Shown here one piece after another: positions 16,485 through 25,096 of a DNA stretch of 64,000 nucleotides. The notes under the pieces are model-generated. The model was not told where the DNA came from. It did not search any database and was given only the letters and a program-made list of their open reading frames with translations. The stretch lies in contig JAJRUD010000058.1 in NCBI GenBank assembly GCA_024277995.1, positions 1,410 to 65,409 on the forward strand, written 5' to 3'. Position 1 is the stretch's first letter. Each line of letters opens with the position of its first letter. Source of the DNA: Chloroflexota bacterium (GTDB lineage Bacteria; Chloroflexota; Anaerolineae; Anaerolineales; E44-bin32). The translations under genes and the position numbers were made by a program.

Positions 16485-18008
16485 ATGAAATCCATCTTGC
16501 AGAAGTTGAACATCGAGCCAGTCAACGCCGGCGCGTGCACGGGGCCCGAGGCGTGGATCCAGGATCCGCAGGGTGAGGAGCTGGTCTCCTACAACCCCAC
16601 CACCGGCGAGCCCATCGCCAGCGTGATCATGGCCACCTCGGACACCTACCAGCGCGTCGCCGGCGCGGCCCACGAGGCCTTCCTGCGCTGGCGCGAGGTG
16701 CCAGCCCCCAAACGCGGCCAGGTGATCCGCGATCTGGGCGACGCACTGCGCGAGTTCAAAGAGCCGCTGGGGGACCTGGTCGGCCTGGAGATGGGCAAAA
16801 TCCGCGCCGAGGGCCACGGCGAGGTTCAGGAGATGATCGACATCTGTGACTTCTCCGTGGGGCTCTCGCGACAGCTCTACGGCCTGGTCATCGCCTCCGA
16901 ACGGCCCAAGCACCGCATGATGGAGCAATGGCATCCGCTGGGCGTGGTGGGCGTGATCACGGCCTTCAATTTCCCCGTGGCCGTCTGGTCCTGGAACGCA
17001 GCCATCGCCGCCGTCTGCGGCGACCCGGTGTTGTGGAAACCGTCGTCGCAGGTGCCGCTCAGTGCGATCGCCGTGCAGCACATCGCCAACCGGGTCATGG
17101 CCGATCACGGCCTGACCGGCATCTTCAACCTGATCATCGGCTCCGGGCGGGACGTGGGCGAAATGATGCTCAACGACAAGCGCCTGCCGCTGATCTCCTT
17201 CACCGGCTCCACCCACGTGGGACGCCACGTCTCGCAGGCTGTCGCGCGGCGCTTCGGCCGCGCCATCCTCGAACTGGGCGGCAACAACGCCATCGTCGTC
17301 GCCGAGGACGCCGACCTGGGCCTGGCCGTGCGCGCCATCCTCTTCGGCGCCGTGGGCACGGCCGGCCAGCGCTGCACCACCACGCGCCGCATCATCATGC
17401 AGCGCCAGATCGCGGCGGACCTCTCGGGGCGCCTGGTGGAGGCCTACAAACAGGTGCCTATCGGCGATCCGCTGGAGGAGGGAACGCTGATGGGCCCCCT
17501 GGTGAACGGGTCGGCCGTGGAGGAGATGTTCGAGGCCCTGGAACAGGCCCGCAAGGACGGCGGAGAGATCCTCGTCGGGGGCAAGATGCGCCCCGATCTG
17601 GGCCCGAACTTCGTCGAGCCCACCATCGTCAAGATGCCCGCGCAGACGGAGATCGTCAAGCAGGAGACCTTCGCGCCCATCCTCTACCTGCTGGAATATG
17701 ACGAGCTGGAAGAGGCCATCCGCATCCACAACGACGTGCCGCAGGGCCTCTCCAGCGCCATCTTCACCACCAACCTGCGCACGATGGAGGCCTTCCTCTC
17801 CGCCAGCGGATCCGACTGCGGCATCGCCAACGTCAACATCGGCACCTCCGGGGCCGAGATCGGCGGGGCCTTCGGCGGTGAGAAGGAGACCGGCGGCGGG
17901 CGCGAATCCGGCTCCGACGCCTGGAAGGCCTATATGCGCCGCCAGACCAACACCATCAACTGGTCCACCGACATGCCGCTGGCCCAGGGCATCCGGTTCG
18001 GGGACTGA
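16485..18008 (+). CDS. ALDH7-family aldehyde dehydrogenase (alpha-aminoadipic semialdehyde / piperideine-6-carboxylate dehydrogenase-like)
   Basis: Near-collinear with antiquitin-type ALDH7 as I remember it: LEMGKIRAEGHGEVQEMIDICDFSVGLSRQLYG, ITAFNFPVAVWSWNAAIA, ELGGNNA, AVGTAGQRCTTTRR, GSDCGIANVNIGTSGAEIGGAFGGEKETGGGRESGSDAWKAYMRRQTNTINWSTDMPLAQGIRF. Confidence 0.9.
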   Translation: MKSILQKLNIEPVNAGACTGPEAWIQDPQGEELVSYNPTTGEPIASVIMATSDTYQRVAGAAHEAFLRWREVPAPKRGQVIRDLGDALREFKEPLGDLVGLEMGKIRAEGHGEVQEMIDICDFSVGLSRQLYGLVIASERPKHRMMEQWHPLGVVGVITAFNFPVAVWSWNAAIAAVCGDPVLWKPSSQVPLSAIAVQHIANRVMADHGLTGIFNLIIGSGRDVGEMMLNDKRLPLISFTGSTHVGRHVSQAVARRFGRAILELGGNNAIVVAEDADLGLAVRAILFGAVGTAGQRCTTTRRIIMQRQIAADLSGRLVEAYKQVPIGDPLEEGTLMGPLVNGSAVEEMFEALEQARKDGGEILVGGKMRPDLGPNFVEPTIVKMPAQTEIVKQETFAPILYLLEYDELEEAIRIHNDVPQGLSSAIFTTNLRTMEAFLSASGSDCGIANVNIGTSGAEIGGAFGGEKETGGGRESGSDAWKAYMRRQTNTINWSTDMPLAQGIRFGD

Positions 18009-18096
18009 TCGCAGGGCCGGGTCACAGCTCCGGCCGCGTGGGATGCGCGGCAGAGGCACAGCCCGCTGCGGCCGCCCTCTCCCCCTGAATCGAAAA

Positions 18097-18129
18097 GGAC
18101 TTCCGAGGTCCTGTGGGCTTCGGAAGTCC
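18097..18129. terminator. candidate bidirectional terminator hairpin between convergent genes
   Basis: GGACTTCCGA (18097-18106), a 13-nt loop, then TCGGAAGTCC (18120-18129), followed by CTTGTTG. It lies between the ALDH7 stop (18008) and the stop of the minus-strand lipoprotein (18153). Confidence 0.45.
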
Positions 18130-18152
18130 CTTGTTGAAGTGGGCCGTGGTAG

Positions 18153-18722
18153 CTATGCTGGCGTCGGCACGATCGTCGGCGTCTCGCTCGGCGGCGGGGG
18201 TGGATTGGTGGGCTTGGGCGTCGGGGTGGTGGTGGGCGGCGGCTCGAGCACGGGCACGCGACTCTCGTCGCCGGCGAAAGTGACCGCGCCGCCCCACACC
18301 CATCCGTCCAGACCGCCGCCGATGCGGCGGATGAACCACCAGGTGCCGCTGCTCGGGTTCTCGTAGCGACCGGCCACCTCCCCCTGCTGACCTTCCAGGA
18401 AGAAGTCGATCACCTCGTATTCCTCGCCGGGTCCGTTACGCACGTTGGCGTTGTAGTCAGCCGTCACCGTCGGCTTCTCCGGGGTGGCGGTGGCCTCGGG
18501 CGTCGGGGTCTCCAGCGGCTCGGTGAGCGTCGGCGTTGGAGGCGTGGGCGATGGCGTCGCGCTCACCGCCTGCCGCGTCTGCTGTGCGATGGCCTCGGCG
18601 GTCCGCAGGACATCGTCACTCGAAAGAGTAGGCGTGGCCTCGGGACCGGCGCCCAGGCTGCATGCCGCGCTGATGGCCGCCAGAGCCACTCCAAGCAGCA
18701 CGGTCTTCATCGACCGCAACAT
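18153..18722 (-). CDS. lipoprotein with SH3b-like domain and Pro/Thr-rich linkers
   Basis: Trimmed to the ATG at 18720-18722, which has AGGAGGGAAG upstream. MLRSMKTVLLGVALAAISAAC (lipobox). P/T-rich linker; core TADYNANVRNGPGEEYEVIDFFLEGQQGEVAGRYENPSSGTWWFI; P/T-rich tail. Confidence 0.75.
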   Translation of the reverse strand: MLRSMKTVLLGVALAAISAACSLGAGPEATPTLSSDDVLRTAEAIAQQTRQAVSATPSPTPPTPTLTEPLETPTPEATATPEKPTVTADYNANVRNGPGEEYEVIDFFLEGQQGEVAGRYENPSSGTWWFIRRIGGGLDGWVWGGAVTFAGDESRVPVLEPPPTTTPTPKPTNPPPPPSETPTIVPTPA

Positions 18723-18859
18723 GATCACTTCCCTCCTGAACCCGCCTGCAGACAAACCGGGCGCGGATCGCAGGCGAGTATACCGCGAATGACGGCCTTA
18801 TGCGCGCTGGTACCTCTTTCCCCTATGTAAAAAGGCCCTGCAAGGGATAAGATAGGGTC

Positions 18860-19822
18860 GTGGAGGAACTGCGGACGACCACGCGAACGGACGCGAGCCA
18901 GCCGTCACAACAGAAGCAACAATCCCCTGCACCTCGGCCCGAGGTGGAAGAGGCATGGCGACGCGTTGAGAACGCCCGCCAGCAACTGCTGACGGCAGCC
19001 ATCGCGTATTGCGACGGCCTGATCAGCGAGGGTCAATTGCGCGCCGTGCGCGAACTCCTGCGCGAGCGGGAAAACCGCCTCACCGAGATGGGGGCCACCG
19101 AGCCGCCGCGCCCCTTCGTCGAAACCGAACCCCCTGCGCCACCCGAGCCCGAACCCGAACCCGCCGCCGCCGAGCCAGAGAAGAGTCCTCTGCCCATCAT
19201 CAGGGAGCGCATCCCGGCCTCCATCCCGGCCGATGCCAGCGAAGAGCTCAAGGCCAAGATCCGCTCACTCGATCGGAAACTGCTCAACCTGGAAGAGGAT
19301 TTCAAACACGGGCGAGTGAACGCCTCCCAGTACCGCGCCATCCGCCGCCACTATCTGGAGCAGCGCGAGGTCGCGCTCACCCTGCATCGTACCAACCCGC
19401 AGAGTGATCGCTGGCGCGTCGTGCTCGAAGAGGGCAAGACCACTTTCCTGCTGCAGCTAAACGAAGCCGAATGCCGCGGCTTCGCCCTCTACGACGTGAC
19501 CCATCGCCGGCGCATATTCGTCCATGGCGAAGTCCCACCCTCCGCCGAGGAGGCCATGTCGCTGCTGCGCACTTTCGATCCGGGCGAGCCGGGCGGCCGC
19601 ATGTTCGCCACCCAGGCCGACGACGGCTCCGCACTCTTCCTGATCCCGGGCAAGCACACCGCTGCGCTGGTGGTCTTCTCCGAGGAACCCCCCGACTGGC
19701 AGGTACGCGCCCTGCGCGAGGTTCACCGCAACTTCGAAACTGCCAACCGCGCCGCCCTGGCACGCGGCGCCCGCGAGGGCCTGGTCTTCCCTGATCTGAC
19801 CCGCTTCATCAAGAACAGCTGA
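18860..19822 (+). CDS. hypothetical protein (helical N-terminus, Pro/Glu-rich linker, globular C-terminal domain)
   Basis: 320-aa ORF with coding-like composition. GTG start at 18860 lies 6 nt after a TAAGAT -10-like box (18848-18853). No family recognised. Confidence 0.65.
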   Translation: MEELRTTTRTDASQPSQQKQQSPAPRPEVEEAWRRVENARQQLLTAAIAYCDGLISEGQLRAVRELLRERENRLTEMGATEPPRPFVETEPPAPPEPEPEPAAAEPEKSPLPIIRERIPASIPADASEELKAKIRSLDRKLLNLEEDFKHGRVNASQYRAIRRHYLEQREVALTLHRTNPQSDRWRVVLEEGKTTFLLQLNEAECRGFALYDVTHRRRIFVHGEVPPSAEEAMSLLRTFDPGEPGGRMFATQADDGSALFLIPGKHTAALVVFSEEPPDWQVRALREVHRNFETANRAALARGAREGLVFPDLTRFIKNS

Positions 19823-19906
19823 TCCGCATACGCCACCGAAGCTGAAGCCCTCCGGCAGCCCCCGGCATTGCACCACCCCATTGGCTATACGCAGCCAGGG
19901 TGCTGC

Positions 19907-20510
19907 TTACGAACCCCGCACCCCCACCAACAGCCCGCGCCCCGTCAGGCCCCCTTCCTCCCACCTGACCTCCAACCCCGCCCGCTCTCCGGCCGCCAGA
20001 TATCCCTGCCGCGTGAACAGGGCCAACACGTGCGTTTCCGTGAAGTATTCGATCCCCTCTGAGCCGCCCACCAGATATTGGAAGACCAGGCGCGACAGGC
20101 GCCCCTCCAGATGAACCTCGGAGAAGCGGGCCGCCTTAAGGTCGGGCTGATCCACGAAAACCGCATGCGGCGCGGCTCCGGGCCGGAAGGCCTGCGGCGT
20201 GAGCCACGGCTCCACCACGAGCAGGCCATCCGGCCGCAGGTGACGCGCCATGCAGGCCAGCGCCCGCTCGAGGCGTTCGACGGTGCCCACGTAACCGATC
20301 GAGCTGAAGAGGCAGGTAACCACGTCGAAGCGCTCGCCCAGGTCGAAGTCCACCATGTCGGCCAGTCCAGCAGCCCACGTCCAGCAGCCGGCCGCCGCCA
20401 GGCAGCCCCTGGCGCTCTACCAGTTCCACCAGTTGCCTGCACTCGGCGGCGTGGTCCTTCCCTGTTGCGTCATAGAGGGCGTCGTACAGATGAGCAGAAC
20501 GCGAGAACAT
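19907..20510 (-). pseudogene. TylM1-like class I SAM methyltransferase with an internal out-of-frame deletion
   Basis: N-terminal piece from the ATG at 20508-20510 (GAGGTGA Shine-Dalgarno): MFSRSAHLYDALYDATGKDHAAECRQLVELVERQGLPGGGRLLDVGCWTG. It then runs into junk. The C-terminal piece is in another frame (listed ORF 19907..20356): (A)DMVDFDLGERFDVVTCLFSSIGYVGTVERLERALACMARHLRPDGLLVVEPW.... The roughly 40-45 residues normally found between motif I (GxGxG) and the DF.LG..FD segment are missing, and the junction is out of frame. Confidence 0.6.
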
Positions 20511-20655
20511 GGTCACCTCAGCCCGCAATGCCGATGCGCGTCGCCTTCGAAGCGAGCAGTGGGGCTCACCTCCCGCCCGCCCCCACCGTGCGGCAGGTGA
20601 AGCAGCCCAATACTGGAGCGTTCGATGCTGCCCCCATGATACCTTGCCCCATCGC

Positions 20656-21447
20656 TCACTCGAAGCGGAAACTCTCCAGCAGATAGTAGTAGGCCGACCA
20701 CTCATCGATCACGCCGGGGACGTCACAGGTACCGCCGGCCGTCATGTTGAAGATGTAAAAGTATTCGCCGCGCTGAGTCACGGTGGCCGTGCCGAATCGT
20801 CCCAGCATGCCAAAGCGGTACTCGACCGTGATGGCCTGCCAGCCCCCGCTGATGCGCGTCAGCTTCTTGTCCGTCAGCTCCCAACCCGGTTGCTCGGCCA
20901 GCTCGCGGATACGCTGGTCGACGTAGGTTTCCAACTCCAAGCCACGGGTGGGCTCGGTGCCCAGGCTGATGCGCCCTCCCACGTAGAGATTGAAGCCATC
21001 CGGCGACTCCATCATGTAGGGACTGCAGCCGGCATAGGCGGGCGCGTCGTACACCGCAGGGTACGCGAAGGAGAAACCGTGCTGCCGGTCCCGATAGACC
21101 GACCAGCGGGCAACATATTCCTGCGGATCGATGGTGGGAGGCGGAGTGCGGGTGGGCGTGAGCGCCAGGACGGTGGCACGAGCCTGCTGCGTGGAGAGCA
21201 CGGCCTGGGTCGCTGCCTGCGCCCGCTGAGTCTGGTAGGCGACGGTCGTCGCCCTGTAGGCGGCCCCCCGCGTGGCGACCACATCGGCCGTGATGGTGAA
21301 GCTGGGCGATGGTGATTGCTCGACGGCCGGCGGCGTCATCACGGCCACGCTCTGCCCTCTGCCTCCGGCGCAGGCCCCCAAGAGGATAAGCCCCGTGACC
21401 CAGATCATTCCCGCGGCCCATACATATGGCCCTCGCATCCTGAGCAT
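20656..21447 (-). CDS. hypothetical lipoprotein
   Basis: Trimmed to the ATG at 21445-21447, which has AGGGAGGA upstream. MLRMRGPYVWAAGMIWVTGLILLGAC (lipobox). The C-terminal globular part ends in ...GEYFYIFNMTAGGTCDVPGVIDEWSAYYYLLESFRFE. Confidence 0.75.
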   Translation of the reverse strand: MLRMRGPYVWAAGMIWVTGLILLGACAGGRGQSVAVMTPPAVEQSPSPSFTITADVVATRGAAYRATTVAYQTQRAQAATQAVLSTQQARATVLALTPTRTPPPTIDPQEYVARWSVYRDRQHGFSFAYPAVYDAPAYAGCSPYMMESPDGFNLYVGGRISLGTEPTRGLELETYVDQRIRELAEQPGWELTDKKLTRISGGWQAITVEYRFGMLGRFGTATVTQRGEYFYIFNMTAGGTCDVPGVIDEWSAYYYLLESFRFE

Positions 21448-21732
21448 CGTGAATCCTCCCTTTGCGTCAGGCAACAGACGTCTCATTGCATCCCAGAATC
21501 GTGGACCATGAGCAGGTTCTCTTCCGACCCCGTCCTGGTCCACCGATTCGCCTGTTGGTTCTATCGATTGCCGCCGCCGGCCCGCCCCAATCGTGGCAAT
21601 GACACCTCAGGCCATGGTGCAGGCCGATATCGTCCCTCCTTCTCCGCCCTGGCTTTCCACTTTCCTGGAATCCTACAACGAACCGCTCGATCGCGTACGA
21701 TTGCCGTCAGCCGCCGGATCGCCCAACCAGGG

Positions 21733-22857
21733 CTACCAGCCGCGGCGCCGCGCCTCCTTCAGGAGCACACCGAAAGCGGGCTTGGCTTCGCCCTCTGCAC
21801 TTCGCAAGCCCAGGCTTCCCAGGTAAGCCAGGAACCGCTCGTCGCGCACGCCATAGTACTGGGAGTAGGCTGCGAGCCGCTCCTCGGTGATCTCATGCAG
21901 CCAGATGAAGGACACCATGCCGATCTGCTCGGCGTGCCGGTCCCAGGCGCGAAACACCGCCTCCACGAAACGCGCCTGTTTCTCTTCGGAACTGCCCAGG
22001 AGCGGGCTCGAGGGGTAGCCGACCTCCGGGAAGTGAATCTCTCGTCCGGGATAGAGCGTCACCAGGGCATCCCAATCTTCCCCCACCACCTCCGGCTCCC
22101 GCACGGAAAAATCCGCCTTCAAAGGATAATAGGTCACCATGACCAGGTTGGCCGCCCGATTGAGCGCGGCGCTGCGCGCCTGCTCGCGCCCCGTGAGGCC
22201 CTCGTAGGTGATCTTGACCCCCACCGGCAGGTCTGGCCGCAGCTGGCGGGCGTGGGCGGCGACGGCCTGGAAGAAGCGCTCGTAGGCCCGCCACGCCCCT
22301 TCGTCGCCCCCCAAATAGACGTCCACCTCGTTGCCGATGGCCAGCGAGACCAGCTCCAGGTCAGGGATCCTGCTGAAGACGTAGTCCAGCAGGCGGTTGA
22401 AGCGCTCGATCACCTCGGGGTCATCCATGGACCTGCCGCGCAGGTCTTCGGGGAGGCGCAGGTTGTTGGTATCGATGGGTGTGATGACCAGGGCCACCGC
22501 CACCTGACGCAGCGGGTAATACTCGTTGGCGATGGCCAGATAGTCCGGCTCCGGCCGGTAGACGTACGGCGATGGTTCCACATCGTCCCAGGCCAGCGAA
22601 AGTTCCACTACCTGCAGGCCCAGGTCCTTGGCCATCAGCAAGGCCGCGTCGTAATCGCCGTCCCGACCCTCGTTGACCGATATGCCCAGCAGCCGCCCAC
22701 CGCGCGGCTCCACAGCCGCATCCACCCCCTGCTCTCCTTCTCGCGTCCCCTCCCCCGCCGCCGGGCTCGGCACGGCGGTCGCTCCCTGCCCGCAGGCTAT
22801 GGCCGCCAGCAGCACAACCGTCAGGGCCAGTGATGTCGAGATCCTGGACACGGTCAC
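21733..22857 (-). CDS. lipoprotein, TIM-barrel glycoside-hydrolase-like (clan GH-A-like)
   Basis: MTVSRISTSLALTVVLLAAIAC (lipobox). Candidate acid/base residue in LAIGNEVDVY and nucleophile in IHFPEVGYPS. The functional call is tentative. Confidence 0.65.
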   Translation of the reverse strand: MTVSRISTSLALTVVLLAAIACGQGATAVPSPAAGEGTREGEQGVDAAVEPRGGRLLGISVNEGRDGDYDAALLMAKDLGLQVVELSLAWDDVEPSPYVYRPEPDYLAIANEYYPLRQVAVALVITPIDTNNLRLPEDLRGRSMDDPEVIERFNRLLDYVFSRIPDLELVSLAIGNEVDVYLGGDEGAWRAYERFFQAVAAHARQLRPDLPVGVKITYEGLTGREQARSAALNRAANLVMVTYYPLKADFSVREPEVVGEDWDALVTLYPGREIHFPEVGYPSSPLLGSSEEKQARFVEAVFRAWDRHAEQIGMVSFIWLHEITEERLAAYSQYYGVRDERFLAYLGSLGLRSAEGEAKPAFGVLLKEARRRGW

Positions 22858-22975
22858 CTCCCGCAGGCGCGACCATACCCATCACCCGGATCTGATGCCA
22901 TTGGCGCGCCCTGTATCAAGAGTACCGCTACCATCGATCGAAAGTCGCGCTCGCTCCGGGCGCGCCGGTCGGCTG

Positions 22976-23758
22976 TTACCCCGCCAGGCCGCCGCCGTCC
23001 ACCACCAGCGCGGCGCCCGTGACGTAGGAGGCCGCCTCGCTGGCCAGATAGAGGATGGCCTCTGCGATCTCCTCCGGCCGACCCAGGCGCCCCAGCGGTC
23101 GCTGCGCGGCCTGCTGCAAGAACTGTTCTTCGCTCTCCCCCAGATCCTGCGCCTCGCGGCGCAGCATGGCGGTGTCGGTGTCCCCCGGACACACGCAATT
23201 CACGCGGATCCCCTGCGGTCCGTGGTCGATGGCCATTGCGCGCGTCAGCTGCACCACGCCCCCCTTCGAAGCGCAATACGCGGCCGCCCTCGGGCCTCCG
23301 ACCAACCCCCAGCCTGAAGCCACGTTGACGATGCTCCCGCCTCCCTGCTCAGCCATGATGGGGACCACCAGGCGCGAGATCAAGTAGACCGACTTCAGGT
23401 TCACCGCCAGAACCCAATCCCAGTCCTCCTCCGGGGTCTCGACCACGGTGGCGCGCCGCATCACCCCCGCGCTGTTCACCAGCACGTCCAGGCGGCCGAA
23501 GGAGGCGTGCACTCGCCGGACGGCGTCCCGGCAGGCCCGGGACTCGGTCACATCCGCCTGTTGAAAGAGCGCGACGCCCCCCTGCTCCCTTATGAGCTCG
23601 ACTACTTTCCGTCCGCCCTCGGCGTCCAGGTCCACCACGGCCACCGCGGCGCCGGCGCGTGCCAGGCGTAGCGCCGTTGCCCGACCGATGCCCGCCGCGC
23701 TGCCGGTGACCAGCGCCACTTTGCCGGAGAGGGTCCGCCCATCATCTCGCTCACTCAT
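22976..23758 (-). CDS. short-chain dehydrogenase/reductase (classical SDR)
   Basis: Trimmed to the ATG at 23756-23758. KVALVTGSAAGIGRATALRLA, NSAG, YCASKGGVVQLTRAMA. Overlaps the aminotransferase stop by 8 nt. Confidence 0.9.
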   Translation of the reverse strand: MSERDDGRTLSGKVALVTGSAAGIGRATALRLARAGAAVAVVDLDAEGGRKVVELIREQGGVALFQQADVTESRACRDAVRRVHASFGRLDVLVNSAGVMRRATVVETPEEDWDWVLAVNLKSVYLISRLVVPIMAEQGGGSIVNVASGWGLVGGPRAAAYCASKGGVVQLTRAMAIDHGPQGIRVNCVCPGDTDTAMLRREAQDLGESEEQFLQQAAQRPLGRLGRPEEIAEAILYLASEAASYVTGAALVVDGGGLAG

Positions 23759-25082
23759 CTTCCATCTCCCCCAGCGCCCTGCGCGCCGCCCGCAGCGTCT
23801 CTTCAACGTGCTCCTGCGTGTGGGCCACGGTGACGATGGAGTGCAGCGCCGCCGAGGGCGTCATGTAGACTCCGTGCCTGAATAGAGCCCACACAAAGCG
23901 GCGGTACTTTTCCCGGTCGACGTGGGCGCAGAAATCCCGATAGTCGCGTATTGCGGGTCGATCGGTGAAGAAGATTTGCAGCATGGGCCCCACGTGCTGC
24001 ACGATGGCCGGCACCCCCATCGCGCCAAAGAGCTGCCGCAGGCCGTCGCTCAACGCCTGCGCCAGGACCCGCATCCGGGTGAAGGCAGCGCCATCATCTC
24101 TCAGCAGCTCCCGCAGGCTGGCCCGGGTGGCGAAGAGCCCGGCGCGCGAGGCGTTCTGCGTGCCGTAGTGCAGCACCCCGCCCCAGGCCAGCGCCTCCAT
24201 GATCTCAGCCTTGCCGGTGAAGGCCGCCACGGGCAACCCCGCCCCCAGGGCCTTTCCGAAGGTGGCGATGTCCGCCGTGACGCCGAATAGCTCCTGGCAG
24301 CCGCCGGGGGCAACGCGAAACCCGGTCACCGTCTCATCCATGATGAGCAACACGTCGTGCTCGAGCGTCAAGGCCCGTAGCCCCGCCAGGAAACCGTCAG
24401 CCGGCGGGATGACGCCCATGTTGCCCATCACCCCTTCCGTGATCACGGCAGCCACCTGACCGTGATGGTCCTCCAGCGCACGCGCCACGGCCTGCAGGTC
24501 GTTCCAGGGAACGACGATGGTATCCTCCAGCGCCCGGCGATTCAAGCCCGAGGAATCGGGAATCCTGATCGGGTCGCGCCGGTGGCCCAGCGAGGCGATG
24601 GGCTGCGGGTGGGCGTTGAGCAGGAAGTCGTCGTACCAGCCGTGATAATGGCCCTCGAACTTGATGAACTTGGCGCGTCCCGTATAGCCGCGCGCCAGGC
24701 GGATGGCAGCCATGGCAGCCTCCGTACCCGTATTGGCAAAACGCACCCGCTCCGCGCCGGGGATGACCGCCGCCAGCATCTCGGCCACCTCCACTTCCAC
24801 TTCCGTCGCGGCGGCGAAGAGCGTCCCCGCTTTGGCCGCTTCCTCGATGGCGGCCGCCACAGCAGGGTGCGCGTGCCCCAGCGGCAGGGCGCCGTAGGCC
24901 ATCATCCAGTCCACATAGCGGTTCCCGTCCGCGTCATACACGTACGCCCCCTGGCCGCGCTCCAGGAAGATGGGGTGCTCGCCGTAGTTGGCCGGCCCTC
25001 GCGAGGGTGAGCTGCCTCCCTCCACCAAAACCCGCAGGGCGCGTTGATAGAGTGCTTTCGATCTCTTCGTCGCGTAATTCAT
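23751..25082 (-). CDS. class-III PLP aminotransferase, glutamate-1-semialdehyde 2,1-aminomutase-like
   Basis: 443 aa. ...FLERGQGAYVYDADGNRYVDWMMAYGALPLGHAHP..., RFANTGTEAAMAAIRLARGYTGR, LIMDETVTGFR, and the PLP lysine in ATFGKALGAG. Confidence 0.9.
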   Translation of the reverse strand: MNYATKRSKALYQRALRVLVEGGSSPSRGPANYGEHPIFLERGQGAYVYDADGNRYVDWMMAYGALPLGHAHPAVAAAIEEAAKAGTLFAAATEVEVEVAEMLAAVIPGAERVRFANTGTEAAMAAIRLARGYTGRAKFIKFEGHYHGWYDDFLLNAHPQPIASLGHRRDPIRIPDSSGLNRRALEDTIVVPWNDLQAVARALEDHHGQVAAVITEGVMGNMGVIPPADGFLAGLRALTLEHDVLLIMDETVTGFRVAPGGCQELFGVTADIATFGKALGAGLPVAAFTGKAEIMEALAWGGVLHYGTQNASRAGLFATRASLRELLRDDGAAFTRMRVLAQALSDGLRQLFGAMGVPAIVQHVGPMLQIFFTDRPAIRDYRDFCAHVDREKYRRFVWALFRHGVYMTPSAALHSIVTVAHTQEHVEETLRAARRALGEMEDE

Positions 25083-25096
25083 CTGTCCGTCCTTCT

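Noticed and set aside
16455-18059. 534-aa ORF antisense to the ALDH7 gene
   Set aside because: The plus-strand frame is nearly collinear with ALDH7 enzymes. The antisense frame is low-complexity and has no motifs.
21316-22833. 505-aa plus-strand ORF overlapping the GH-like lipoprotein gene. Similar long shadow ORFs occur at 37814..39514, 49016..50308, 53342..54919, 54944..56071, 58269..59597 and 60606..61904.
   Set aside because: Each is antisense or out of frame relative to a gene with clear family signatures. All share the Arg/Gly/His/Pro-rich shadow composition.
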